NCBI GenBank assembly: GCA_963770835.1
Contig: CAVYRH010000026.1
Coordinates: 1-64,000 of the forward strand
Reading direction: 5' to 3'
From: an uncultured Pseudomonadota bacterium
GTDB lineage: Bacteria; Oederibacteriota; Muellerivitia; Muellerivitales; Muellerivitaceae
DNA: 64,000 bases
Part shown: piece by piece, positions 33,684-43,300 of the stretch
How the letters are laid out: every line of letters starts with the position of its first letter
How positions within the stretch are numbered: position 1 is the first letter of the stretch
Notes under the pieces: model-generated
What the model was told of the DNA's origin: nothing
What the model saw: the letters and a program-made list of their open reading frames with translations, nothing else
The model's database searches: none
Translations under genes and position numbers: made by a program

Positions 33684-36600
33684 TTGAAAAGTAAATATGT
33701 CCTCATCCTATTCCTCATCGGCGTAATGCCGGTCCTGGGACTCTTGGGCGTCTACGGCTGGATGGCCTTGACCCAGGCCCCGCCCCCCGAGCCCGTCACC
33801 CTCAGCGCCCCCGCCCTGCAAGCCACCGTTTCGGCCCTGCAAACCCAGGACCTCTCCATCGCTTCCTCGGTCAAGGCCGCCATCGAGACCGCCTACCAGG
33901 ACCTGGCCAAGCTGGTGGCCAACCACTCGGACGCGGATTACTCGAACTTCGTCTCCAGCCATTCGGGCTTGATGGGCGTGGCGGTTTTTTCCGCCAACGG
34001 GAAGCTTTTGAAAACCGTCCCCGCCACGGCCCAGCTGGCCGACCCGGCCTACGGCAGCTCGGACGAGTTCAAGGGCATGATGGCCAAGTTCAAGGACAAC
34101 GGGGGGCAGACCAACCTCTTTTTCACCCGGCGCCTCAGCTACCCGGCTTTCGTTTTCTCCGTCCCCCTTAGTTCCAACACGGTGGCGCAGGCGGTCATGA
34201 ACCTCGCCTCCTTCTTCGGCACCAGCGACCCGAGGAAAGGGGAGGTTTTCCTCATCGACGGCGACTCGGGGGAAGTTTTCTACCATTCCACCTCCGCCGA
34301 TTCCCAGTCCAGCTTCAACGCCGGCCAGGACCCCTTCCTTTCCAAGATCCAGGCCGACCTCGCGGCCAAAAAAAGCGGGTCGGAGCCCGACCCCCCCACC
34401 CGGATGGCGGTTTACACCACCCTGGGGATCAAATCCTTCGGCATGGTCCGCCTCCTGCCCTTGTCCGCCCTTCAACCGGCCTCCCGGCCCGCCGCCCAGC
34501 CCAAAGCCCCCTTGGATGCCCTGCAGGATATCTTTCAAACCCCCATCGGCATGCCCCTTTTAATCGCCGCCGCGGCGGCCTTGGGCTGGATCTTCCTGGT
34601 GGGGTCGATGGGCTTCGGCATGATCACCGCGTCCTTGCGAAAAGCCGGCGCGACGGTTTTGAACGCCGCCAAGGGAACCACCAAGCTCACGCCCGAGGTG
34701 GCCAAGCGGTTCGGGAACGATGAGGTGGGGCAGATCGTGCAAGCCTCCGCCCTCCTGATGCAAAAGCTGGAGGAGGACAGGGAACGCGCCACCGAGGAAA
34801 GGGATGAGACCCTCAAGCGGGGCCGCGCCGAATTGGACACTAAAACCCGCGAGGCGGGCAACCAGGCCGCGACGGCCCAACAACAAGCCCAGGCCGCCAA
34901 AAACGAATTAAGCGGGGTCAACCAGCAATTAAACGACAAGCTCAAGGAACTCGACGCCATGAAGGGCATGTCGGAGGGGCTCCGCAACCAAACCGAACAG
35001 GCCAAGGCCGAAATCGGTAAATTAAAGTCCCAGGTCACCGCCGCCGAGGACGCCAAAGCCGAGGCGCAGAAAAAACTGTCCCAGACCCAGGCCCAACTCG
35101 AGGACCAGTTGAAGGAAATGGAAGCCAAGATGCTTTCCACCGTGGCGGCCACCTCGGCCATCCAGGTGTCGAGCGTCCGGGCCGCCGCCATCCGGACCAT
35201 GTCCGAGGAACTGAAAACGACTTTGGGCATCATCAAGGGCTACGTCTCTTCCGCCCTGGGCACCGCCGCCGGCGGCATCAACGAAAAGCAGCAGGAGTTC
35301 CTGGGGATGGTCATCAACCGCTCGGCGCGGCTGGAAAAGTTCATCAACGACCTCGTGGACATCTACCAGGTGGAAATCGAGCAGGAGAAGGCCCCCCATG
35401 AGGAGGTCAACCTGCCTTCCGAAATCGAGTCCCTGGCCTTCAACTTCCAGGCCCAGGCCGATGTGAAGAACATCAAGATGAAGGTGGAAACGAAGGGGAC
35501 CATTCCCAAGGTGCCCGTGGTGCGCCGCCGTTTCAACCAGTTGTGGAACATCCTCTACCTGCAAGTCATCAAGGACGCTCCCCGGGGGTCCGCCATTCCC
35601 ATCACGGTGGAGTCCATCGGCGACAACGTCAAGATCACCATCCAAGACCCGGGCCTCACCGTCGCGCCCGAGGCCCTGCCCCGTCTCTTCGACGAGTTTT
35701 ACGATCCCAAACACACGGCCTCGCCCCAACTGGCGGGGACGGGCCTGAAATTCGCCCTCATCAAAACCATCCTGGCGGCCCATGGCGGCGGGGCGGTGGC
35801 GGAAAAGGGCGACCCCGGAACCCGCCTCCTATTGACCTTCTCGACCAAGATCAAAAAACCGGGGGAAATCCCCGCTCCCGTCATCGGGCTGCGTCCCGCG
35901 GCCACGCCGGCTCCCGGCCTAAAACCGCCCGCTCCGTCTTTCGGGGCGCCGAGGCCCCCGGCCCCAACGGGCATGCCAGGATCGGCCCCTCCGGGGCTTC
36001 CCAAACCGCCCATCGCCCCCCCTTCCTTTGGAATGCCCAAACCGGCGGTTCCGGCCGCGCCCGCCGCAACGGGTTCGGCTCCTCCGGCCGTCCCAGGGTT
36101 GGCAGGCTTTTCGCCGGCGGGGCCGAAGCCCCCGGCTTCCTCCCCGGGCCTTATGGATTCCCTGATCTCCAAAGTACCGTCCGTCAACGCCCCCGGCGTG
36201 AAACCACCGGTAGCCCCGGTGGCTCCCGCCGCCCCCGTCGCGCCCACGGCCACACCCGCCGCTCCCAAGCCCCCTGGAGCCGCCTCTTTCGGTATGGTTG
36301 GGTCGGCCCCCAAAGCCCCCGCACCCGCGGCCCCGGGAGCACCCCCCGCGGCCCCGAACCCCCCCGTTGCGCCGGGCACCCCCCCGGCTCTTGGAGCACC
36401 CAAACCCCCCTCCGCAACCTCCGGGTTATTAGATTCGCTCATGGGGAGTAAGCCACCAACGCCCACGTCGGCGGCGCCCCCGGCCATACCGGCCGCTCCC
36501 AAGCCCCCTGGAGCCGCCTCCTTCGGTATGGTTGGGTCGGCCCCCAAAGCCCCAACACCCCCGGGAGTGCCCCCCGCGGCCCCCTCCATTGGAGGTCCGC

Positions 36601-36989
36601 CGAAACCACCGGGTTTTCCCCCTAGTTTCGCCCCCAAGCCGGCCGCCCCGGTGGTGCCGGGCGCCCCTACCGCGCCAAGGCCGCCTATATCCATACCGGG
36701 AATGCCGGCCTCCGGCGCCCCCGTTGCGCCCAAGGTGATTCCCACCAACCTCAAACCCACGACCCCACCGCCGGGAATTTTGGATTTGGACAACGCGGAC
36801 GGCATGAAGCTGGATGCCGGCGCCCCCAAACCCCCGGCAGCCCCCCCCCTAGGAGCCCCCAGGCCTCCCATGCCGGGCGCTCCCCCCATGGGAGCCCCCA
36901 AACCTCCCGTACCCGGCGTTCCGCCGGGAGGGCTCGACGCCTCCAAGGCCCAAAAGGCCAAGGACGGTGAAGGGGAATTGATCGAATAG
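33684..36989 (+). CDS. Membrane-bound histidine-kinase-like protein (degenerate H and ATP boxes) with coiled coil and Pro-rich tail
   Basis: TM-periplasmic domain-TM, HAMP-like DEVGQI, coiled coil, MSEELKTTLGIIKGY, DPG...LPRLFDEFY, GTGLKFALIK.I..AHGG, then about 370 aa rich in Pro/Ala/Gly. Confidence 0.85.
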   Translation: MKSKYVLILFLIGVMPVLGLLGVYGWMALTQAPPPEPVTLSAPALQATVSALQTQDLSIASSVKAAIETAYQDLAKLVANHSDADYSNFVSSHSGLMGVAVFSANGKLLKTVPATAQLADPAYGSSDEFKGMMAKFKDNGGQTNLFFTRRLSYPAFVFSVPLSSNTVAQAVMNLASFFGTSDPRKGEVFLIDGDSGEVFYHSTSADSQSSFNAGQDPFLSKIQADLAAKKSGSEPDPPTRMAVYTTLGIKSFGMVRLLPLSALQPASRPAAQPKAPLDALQDIFQTPIGMPLLIAAAAALGWIFLVGSMGFGMITASLRKAGATVLNAAKGTTKLTPEVAKRFGNDEVGQIVQASALLMQKLEEDRERATEERDETLKRGRAELDTKTREAGNQAATAQQQAQAAKNELSGVNQQLNDKLKELDAMKGMSEGLRNQTEQAKAEIGKLKSQVTAAEDAKAEAQKKLSQTQAQLEDQLKEMEAKMLSTVAATSAIQVSSVRAAAIRTMSEELKTTLGIIKGYVSSALGTAAGGINEKQQEFLGMVINRSARLEKFINDLVDIYQVEIEQEKAPHEEVNLPSEIESLAFNFQAQADVKNIKMKVETKGTIPKVPVVRRRFNQLWNILYLQVIKDAPRGSAIPITVESIGDNVKITIQDPGLTVAPEALPRLFDEFYDPKHTASPQLAGTGLKFALIKTILAAHGGGAVAEKGDPGTRLLLTFSTKIKKPGEIPAPVIGLRPAATPAPGLKPPAPSFGAPRPPAPTGMPGSAPPGLPKPPIAPPSFGMPKPAVPAAPAATGSAPPAVPGLAGFSPAGPKPPASSPGLMDSLISKVPSVNAPGVKPPVAPVAPAAPVAPTATPAAPKPPGAASFGMVGSAPKAPAPAAPGAPPAAPNPPVAPGTPPALGAPKPPSATSGLLDSLMGSKPPTPTSAAPPAIPAAPKPPGAASFGMVGSAPKAPTPPGVPPAAPSIGGPPKPPGFPPSFAPKPAAPVVPGAPTAPRPPISIPGMPASGAPVAPKVIPTNLKPTTPPPGILDLDNADGMKLDAGAPKPPAAPPLGAPRPPMPGAPPMGAPKPPVPGVPPGGLDASKAQKAKDGEGELIE

Positions 36990-37019
36990 TTTCAGGATTT
37001 GAAACCGATGGACCCACCC

Positions 37020-37049
37020 AAGCCCCGGCAACCCCGGGGCTTTTTTATT
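37020..37049 (+). terminator. Intrinsic terminator
   Basis: AAGCCCCGG-CAACC-CCGGGGCTTTTTT. Confidence 0.8.
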
Positions 37050-37079
37050 CAAAGAAACAAAGGCATTAGCCGCAAATTC

Positions 37080-37240
37080 GGGTAGTGCGTCAGTTTGAAA
37101 AGAAAATGTTACTCCACCCTCACCCCGCCCTCTCCCCTCAAGGGAGAGGGGGAAATACCGCTAAAAACCCTCGCCCCTTGTGGGAGAGGGTAGGGTGAGG
37201 GGTGCCTTAAGGTTGTCCAACTCAAACTGAGTCACTACCC
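37080..37240. mobile_element. 161-bp MITE-like element
   Basis: 19-bp TIRs (GGGTAGTGCGTCAGTTTGA / TCAAACTGAGTCACTACCC, 17/19) flanked by an AAATTC direct repeat. Confidence 0.75.
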
Positions 37241-37451
37241 AAATTCACGCAAATTTCCGCGGTTAAGACAAAAGAATCCCCAGCTTCACCGGTTTTACTA
37301 GCGGCCGGGTTCCGTTTTTAACAAGCTTTTCATTTACCCTTTTGGCCGGATGTTATACTTTGTCACTGTTTCCCGCCGCCACCTTCCTCTCAACGCGCTT
37401 CGATCGCTTTAGGGAAATTTTCAGGTAATCCCCGTTGAAAAGGAAAAAGCC

Positions 37452-38939
37452 ATGAAGAAACTTCTCAAAGCCGTCCTATTATTCGCCACCGGAGGGATGC
37501 TGTTCCTCCAAATGGGTTGTCCCGGCAAGAGCAATGGCCCCACCGCGCCCTCTTCCAACCCCCCCACCAATACCTTCACCGCCGTTCCCTCCGCCACGGC
37601 CACCAACAGCGCGACGAATAGCGCCACTTCCACGCCCTCGGGAACGGCCACGAAAACCGCCACTTTGACGCAGACGGGCACCACCCCTCCCACGGCCACT
37701 TTCACCGCGACGGGCACCGCCACCAAAACACCCACCGCCAGCCCCACGAACACGCCCATCGCCACGGGCACTTCCACCCCGACCGCGACCCCTTCCGCCA
37801 CCTTCACCCTCACCGCCACACTTACCGCCACCGGAACCCCCACCCTCACTTCCACGGATACTTCCACGGGCACGCCTACGGAGTCCTCCACTAATTCCGC
37901 CACTTCCACGCCCAGCTCCACCCCCACCGACAGCGCGACGGCCACCAGCACCAACACAGCGACCGCGACGCCGACGTTGACGCCGACCAATACATCGACG
38001 GCTACGCCGTCGAGTACTCCTACGGGCACGGCGACGTTGACGGCCACCAACAGCCCCACCGCGACCACCACCAACACGGCCACCCTCACTCCCACGCCCA
38101 CCATCACCCCTACGCCCTTAGTCATCACCTACTCGGAGGGCAGCGGGGCCGGCACCGGGCTGGGACAATTCAATAATTCGGAAGGGGTCGCCGTCACCAT
38201 CTCCGGCGGCGTGACGACCATCTACGTGGCGGACACCAACAACAACCGCCTCCAGGTCTATTCCAGCTCCACTTCCACCTGGACCACCATCGGCGGCACC
38301 GCCAACGGGTCCGGCCAAGGCCAGTTCTACACCCCCGTGGGGCTCGCCTTGGATGCCTCGGGCAACCTTTACGTGGCCGATTACAACAACAGCCGCATCC
38401 AGGAACTGAGCGGGGGCGTTTGGAGCACCCTCTCCCTGGGCAGCGGGAGCACGGCGGGCCATTTCAGCCAGCCGACGGGGGTCGCCGTTGATTCCACCGG
38501 CAACCTTTTCACCGCCGACACGTCGAATAAGACCATCCAGGAATATTCGGGAGGGACCTGGTCGCTCCTGGCCGCCTACCCCGGCAATAAGCCCTGGGGC
38601 ATCGCGGTGGACGCCTCGGACAACCTTTACGTTTCCGATTACTCGGGCGACACCCTCTATAAGCTCACCGGCACGACCTGGACGGTTTTCGCGGGCTCGG
38701 CGGGCTCCGGCGCGGGCCAGTTCATCCAGCCCGCGGGCATCGCCTTGGATTCGTCGGGCAATCTTTTCGTGGCCGACCTCTCGAACAACCGGGTCCAGGA
38801 ATTCGGTTCCTCGGGCAGCTACTTGAACGAGATCAAGTCGCTGGCCTCCCCCTACGCGGTGGCCGTGGATAATTTGGGCCGGGTCTATGTCGACGACACC
38901 GCCAACAACCGCGTCGCGGTCTTCACTTACGCGCCTTGA
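37452..38939 (+). CDS. Lipoprotein with Thr/Pro-rich stalk and NHL-repeat beta-propeller
   Basis: Lipobox-like QMGC, about 190 aa of TAT/TPT repeats, repeated GQF..P.G.A.D.SGNL.VAD..N.RIQ. Confidence 0.88.
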   Translation: MKKLLKAVLLFATGGMLFLQMGCPGKSNGPTAPSSNPPTNTFTAVPSATATNSATNSATSTPSGTATKTATLTQTGTTPPTATFTATGTATKTPTASPTNTPIATGTSTPTATPSATFTLTATLTATGTPTLTSTDTSTGTPTESSTNSATSTPSSTPTDSATATSTNTATATPTLTPTNTSTATPSSTPTGTATLTATNSPTATTTNTATLTPTPTITPTPLVITYSEGSGAGTGLGQFNNSEGVAVTISGGVTTIYVADTNNNRLQVYSSSTSTWTTIGGTANGSGQGQFYTPVGLALDASGNLYVADYNNSRIQELSGGVWSTLSLGSGSTAGHFSQPTGVAVDSTGNLFTADTSNKTIQEYSGGTWSLLAAYPGNKPWGIAVDASDNLYVSDYSGDTLYKLTGTTWTVFAGSAGSGAGQFIQPAGIALDSSGNLFVADLSNNRVQEFGSSGSYLNEIKSLASPYAVAVDNLGRVYVDDTANNRVAVFTYAP

Positions 38940-38969
38940 GGCGCCCGGGGGGAACCATCGAAGCAAAAA

Positions 38970-39065
38970 TTAACCGCCGATCAAATCCGATGGACGCCGA
39001 TCAGCTTTAAAAAGCCTTGAGCGATAAGCCGTAATCGGCGTTTATCGGCCGTTATCGGCGGTTAA
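38970..39065. repeat. Inverted-repeat element of ~10-bp ATCGGCG units
   Basis: TTAACCGCCGAT...ATCGGCGGTTAA. Confidence 0.65.
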
Positions 39066-39142
39066 ATATTTTTGGAATTTTGGATTCTTTTGTACTTGTT
39101 TTGTTGGAATACCACCTAACTATCCAGTGGAGGGCGGGAACC

Positions 39143-39982
39143 ATGGGAAAAACGAAAATCTTCTTAACCGCGCTGGGCCTGGCGGCCTTGGGGCTCACCG
39201 GCTGCGGTACCACCAAAGTCACCGTCAATCCCGGCACCCTGGATTTAGGCTACACCTGGATCGGCCAAAAGTCCGGCAGCGCTCCGGCCACCTGGACCAA
39301 TACCGCCAGCAAAACGGTCACCCTCACCATGCCGAAACTGGCGCCGGTCTCGACCTTTTACTACACGGGCAATCCCATCTTCAACGACACCCTGGGGCCC
39401 CTCGACAAGGCTTGGGCCTCGTTTTTGGCCATCCCCCGCGAGGCCGGCCCGGCCACCCTGGAAGTCGTCCCCACTAATCTTCAATCGGTCAACGTGGATC
39501 CGGTCCTCTTGAAGGTCGTGGGGTTGAGCCGCTTGGAAAAGGGGGGCGTGACGCTGGGCGGGGGCTTTATCTATTCACTGCCGCCTACCCCGGCCGACGC
39601 CATCGGCCCCACGGGAGGGCCCAACAACGGCCCGCTGGATTTTAAGACCATCCCGGTGGGCATGCACCGCGAGAAGACCATCGCGTTCGAGAACTCCACC
39701 GCCAATGCCCTGACCTTGAACGTCTTCTGGCAGCCCTGGGCCTGGCCCATCATCACGACGACCCCCTTCACGGCCTCCTTGACCACGGGCGGCAAGCCCC
39801 TAACCACCATTACGATCCCAGCCCACGATTCCTATACGCTCATCGTGTCCTTCTGGCCCAAGCAAGCGGGCACCTATGACGCCAATTTGTTCGTGATGGA
39901 CGCGCCCAACCTTAACCAAACGGCCAATGCCGCCAACCTGGCGGCCATCAGCGTCAGGGGAGCCGCCGTGGCGGGGGATTAA
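39143..39982 (+). CDS. Lipoprotein with two Ig-like (ASH/choice-of-anchor D-like) domains
   Basis: LTGC lipobox, LDLG/LDFK..V G, N.T...L, V.F.P..AGTY. Confidence 0.7.
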   Translation: MGKTKIFLTALGLAALGLTGCGTTKVTVNPGTLDLGYTWIGQKSGSAPATWTNTASKTVTLTMPKLAPVSTFYYTGNPIFNDTLGPLDKAWASFLAIPREAGPATLEVVPTNLQSVNVDPVLLKVVGLSRLEKGGVTLGGGFIYSLPPTPADAIGPTGGPNNGPLDFKTIPVGMHREKTIAFENSTANALTLNVFWQPWAWPIITTTPFTASLTTGGKPLTTITIPAHDSYTLIVSFWPKQAGTYDANLFVMDAPNLNQTANAANLAAISVRGAAVAGD

Positions 39983-40017
39983 GGCAGGGTGACCGGGTAC
40001 CTTGAAGCAAAGGCATG

Positions 40018-40190
40018 AGCCGCAGATTCGCGCAGATTTTCGCGGTTTAGACAAAAAAATCCTTAATCTTTGCCATTTTTAACAGCGGCGATTTGCGTTG
40101 ATCAGCGGCCCAATGGTTTTGTTTTACTCTGTGCCCTCCGTGCTTCGAAGCTGGTTTATAGCTTCAGGGCGCGTGTACTCTGTGGTTCAA
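40018..40190. repeat. Cluster of two repeat families
   Basis: AGCCGCAGATTCGCGCA.ATTT.CGCGGTT (also at 45250 and, interrupted, at 37068) plus a CTCTGTG-family copy. Confidence 0.7.
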
Positions 40191-40363
40191 CCTTCTTCCG
40201 CCGTTGCCTAGGCCTTCTTCCAACCCACAAGACAGTTTTCGTGCGGTTTAAACTTGCGGGGTTCCCTTTTCCACGAAATTCACATAATTTTTCCCTGCCT
40301 TCCTCCAATCAAAGGATAGAATCCGACAAGTTTGGGACATTCTATCGGGGCATGGGAGGCCTT

Positions 40364-43300
40364 ATGTCGAATCAAAATCCGAAAACCATTTGGAACCGCG
40401 TTGGAATCCTGGTCCTGCTTGCCCTATTCCTCTGGCCCGCGCAAAGGGCCTTGACGCAAACCCAGGGCCGGCAGGTCCTCAAGGGGCACGTTCCCCAAGC
40501 CCTGGCCGGCTCCTCCCCCACCGGCGAGTTGACCGGGCAGGAAACCATCCCGGTGCTCATCGGCCTGGCCCCGAAAAATTCCACGGCCCTCGCCCAATTT
40601 TTGAAGGACGCCTACGACCCCCAAAGCCCGAAGCACGGGCGCTTCCTTAAAAAAGGCCAGTTCGCCAAAAGGTTCGGCCCCACCGCCGCCGATTACCAGA
40701 AGGTGGAGGATTTCGCCAAGTCCAACGGCCTCACCATCGTCCACACCCACGCCAGCCGCACGGCCCTTTTGGTCAGCGGCAATTCCGCGCAAATCCAGAA
40801 GGCCTTCCACGTGCGCCTGCATTTTTACAAGCGCAAGGACGGCAGCCGGTTCTTCGCGCCCGACGGCGAGCCCTCGCTGGACCTGGACGTGCCGATCCTG
40901 CACTTGACCGGGCTGGACAACTACACCCTACCCCGCCGAGTCCCGCGCAAACCCGCGTCGCCCATCGCCCGCAACCACAAGGCCCTTAAGACCGGCACGC
41001 TTTCGGTTTTAGGGTCCGGGCCCGAGGGCGCCTTCCTCGGCGACGACTTGCGCAACGCCTACGCCCCCAACGTGTCGCTCTCGGGCGCCGGGCAGACCCT
41101 GGGCCTCTTCGAGCTGGAGGGCTATGACGCCGCCGACATCGCCCAATACCAGGCCCTGGCCGGCCATCCGGGAAACCCGGTCACGGCGGTGCTGATCGAC
41201 GGGGCCACGGGCATCCCCCAGTCCGGCGGCCCGCCGCCCTACAACAACGACGTGGAAATCTCCATGGATATCGAGCTCGCCCTGGCCATGGCCCCCGGCC
41301 TCGCCCAGGTGCGCGTCTACGAGGGAAACCCCGGCGGCCTCGTCCTCAACGGCTTCAACGTCTATCCCGACGACGTGATGGCCAGCATGGCGGATGAGGA
41401 AACGGCCCAAGAGATCAGCTGTTCCTACAGCTTTTTCTCCGATACCACCACCGCGCTCATCCTCCAGCAGCTGGCCGCCCAGGGCCAGGCCTTCTTCGTT
41501 TCCTCGGGCGACGACGGCGCCTACCCCGTCGTGGGTGGATTGATCCAGGACGAAATTTTCGTGGCCTCGGTGGGCGGCACCACGATGGCCATGAACGGCA
41601 ACGGGGCTTCCTACGCCTCCGAATCGGCCTGGTCCGGCAGCGGGGGCGGCACCAGCGCCGACATGCCCCTGCCCTTCTTCCAAACGGGCCTGGCCACGGC
41701 CGCCAACGGGGGTTCTTCCACGCTGCGCAACTTCCCCGACGTTGCCGCCGCGGCCGAGAACATCTGCGTGGTGGCCACCAGCTTCACCCCCGGGGGAAAC
41801 CCCGTGCCGGGGCAGGTCTTCGATTCCGGCGGCACCAGCGCCTCCTCGCCCATCTGGGCGGGCTTCCTGGCCCTGGTCAACGAGCAGCGCTCCCATAACG
41901 GCCTCGCGCCCGTGGGGTTCCCCGACAACGCCCTCTACGCCGCGGCCGGGGGGCCCGACTACGCCGGCGACTTCCATGACATCACCACCGGCAACAACAA
42001 CAACGGCGGCGGCCCCTACTACAACGCGGTAACTGGCTACGACCTGGTCACGGGCTGGGGCAGCCCGGCGGGCCAAACCCTCATCAACGACCTCTGCCCC
42101 AATTGCACGCCCGCGGCCACCTCGACCGCCACCGCCGTCCCCACCGCCGGCGGCCCCCAGCCCACGCCCACCTCGGGCCCCTGCCTGAAGCTGGAAAAAG
42201 TGGTCGACGGCCTCGGCGAAGGTTTCCTCCCCACGGGGCTGGCCTTGGATTCCTCCGGCAACCTCTACGGGGTGAACGAATCCAACAACTACCTCGTGTT
42301 CCGGCTGACCTCCGGCGGCTCGCCCCTTTCCGGCACCTACGGAAGCTCGGGCACGGGCCCCGGCCAGTTCCAATACCCCTGGTCCGTGGCCGTGGACGCT
42401 TCCGGCAACGTCTTTGTCGTGGACTTGAACCTGCACCAGGTGGATAAATTCACATCCTCGGGCGACTTCACCGCGGCCTTTGGCGGCGGCACCATGTCCT
42501 ACCCGGGGGACATCGCCTGCGACAGCTCGGGCAACGTCTTCGTGGCCGACTCCGTCAACCAGACGGTCTTCAAATTCAACAACAGCGGGGCCTTGCTGGG
42601 GCAGATTTCCACGCCCGGCACCGGGCCGGGCCAGTTGAACCAGCCCGCCGGCGTAGGCCTGGATTCCTCCGACAACCTTTACGTGATGGACATCGGCAAC
42701 AGCCGCATCGAGGTCTTCAATTCCGCGGGCAGCTATGTCACCCAATGGGGTTCCAACGGCTCCGGCCCGGGCCAGTTCGGCACCCCGGCCTTCGGGGCCA
42801 TCAATCCCGTTTGCCTGGGCGGCCCCGGGCTGGTCTACGCCATGGACTCGGGCAACAGCCGGGTACAGATTTTCACCACCACGGGCACTTACCTGGGCCA
42901 GATCGCGGGTTACGGGTTCACCGAACCTTTCGGCCTCGCCGCCAACGGCTCCCGCCTTTACGTCTCGGACAGCCGCAACAGCAACCTCTATATCTTCGAC
43001 ATCGGCAACTGCCCGTCGGGGCCCCAGACCCCTCCCCCGACGCCCACGGGCTCCGTGACGCCCACGCCGGTCCCCACCGGGGCCAACACGCCCACGGTCA
43101 CCAGCACCCCCACGCTCCCCTGCGTGCCCACCGGGGCGACGTGGAGCCCGGGCACCACCTCGGCGGCTTTCCTGGGCCGCTCGGACTTCGGGTCCGCGGT
43201 TTATAACAGCCGCATGTGGATCTTCGGGGGCGAGACCCTGAACCCCCCCGGGCCGATCTACGACACCACCTCCGACGACGTCTGGTCTTCCGCCGACGGG

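Noticed and set aside
35699..36961. 420-aa Gly/Ala-rich minus-strand ORF (collagen or PE-PGRS-like)
   Set aside because: It is the mirror of the Pro-rich tail on the plus strand.
37560..38120. Repetitive DNA resembling a CRISPR or VNTR array
   Set aside because: It is a coding Thr/Pro linker with no constant repeat-spacer period, and no cas genes are present.
40070..40363. N-terminal extension of the S53 protease ORF
   Set aside because: It runs through repeat elements. A GGAGG SD and signal peptide support ATG40364.
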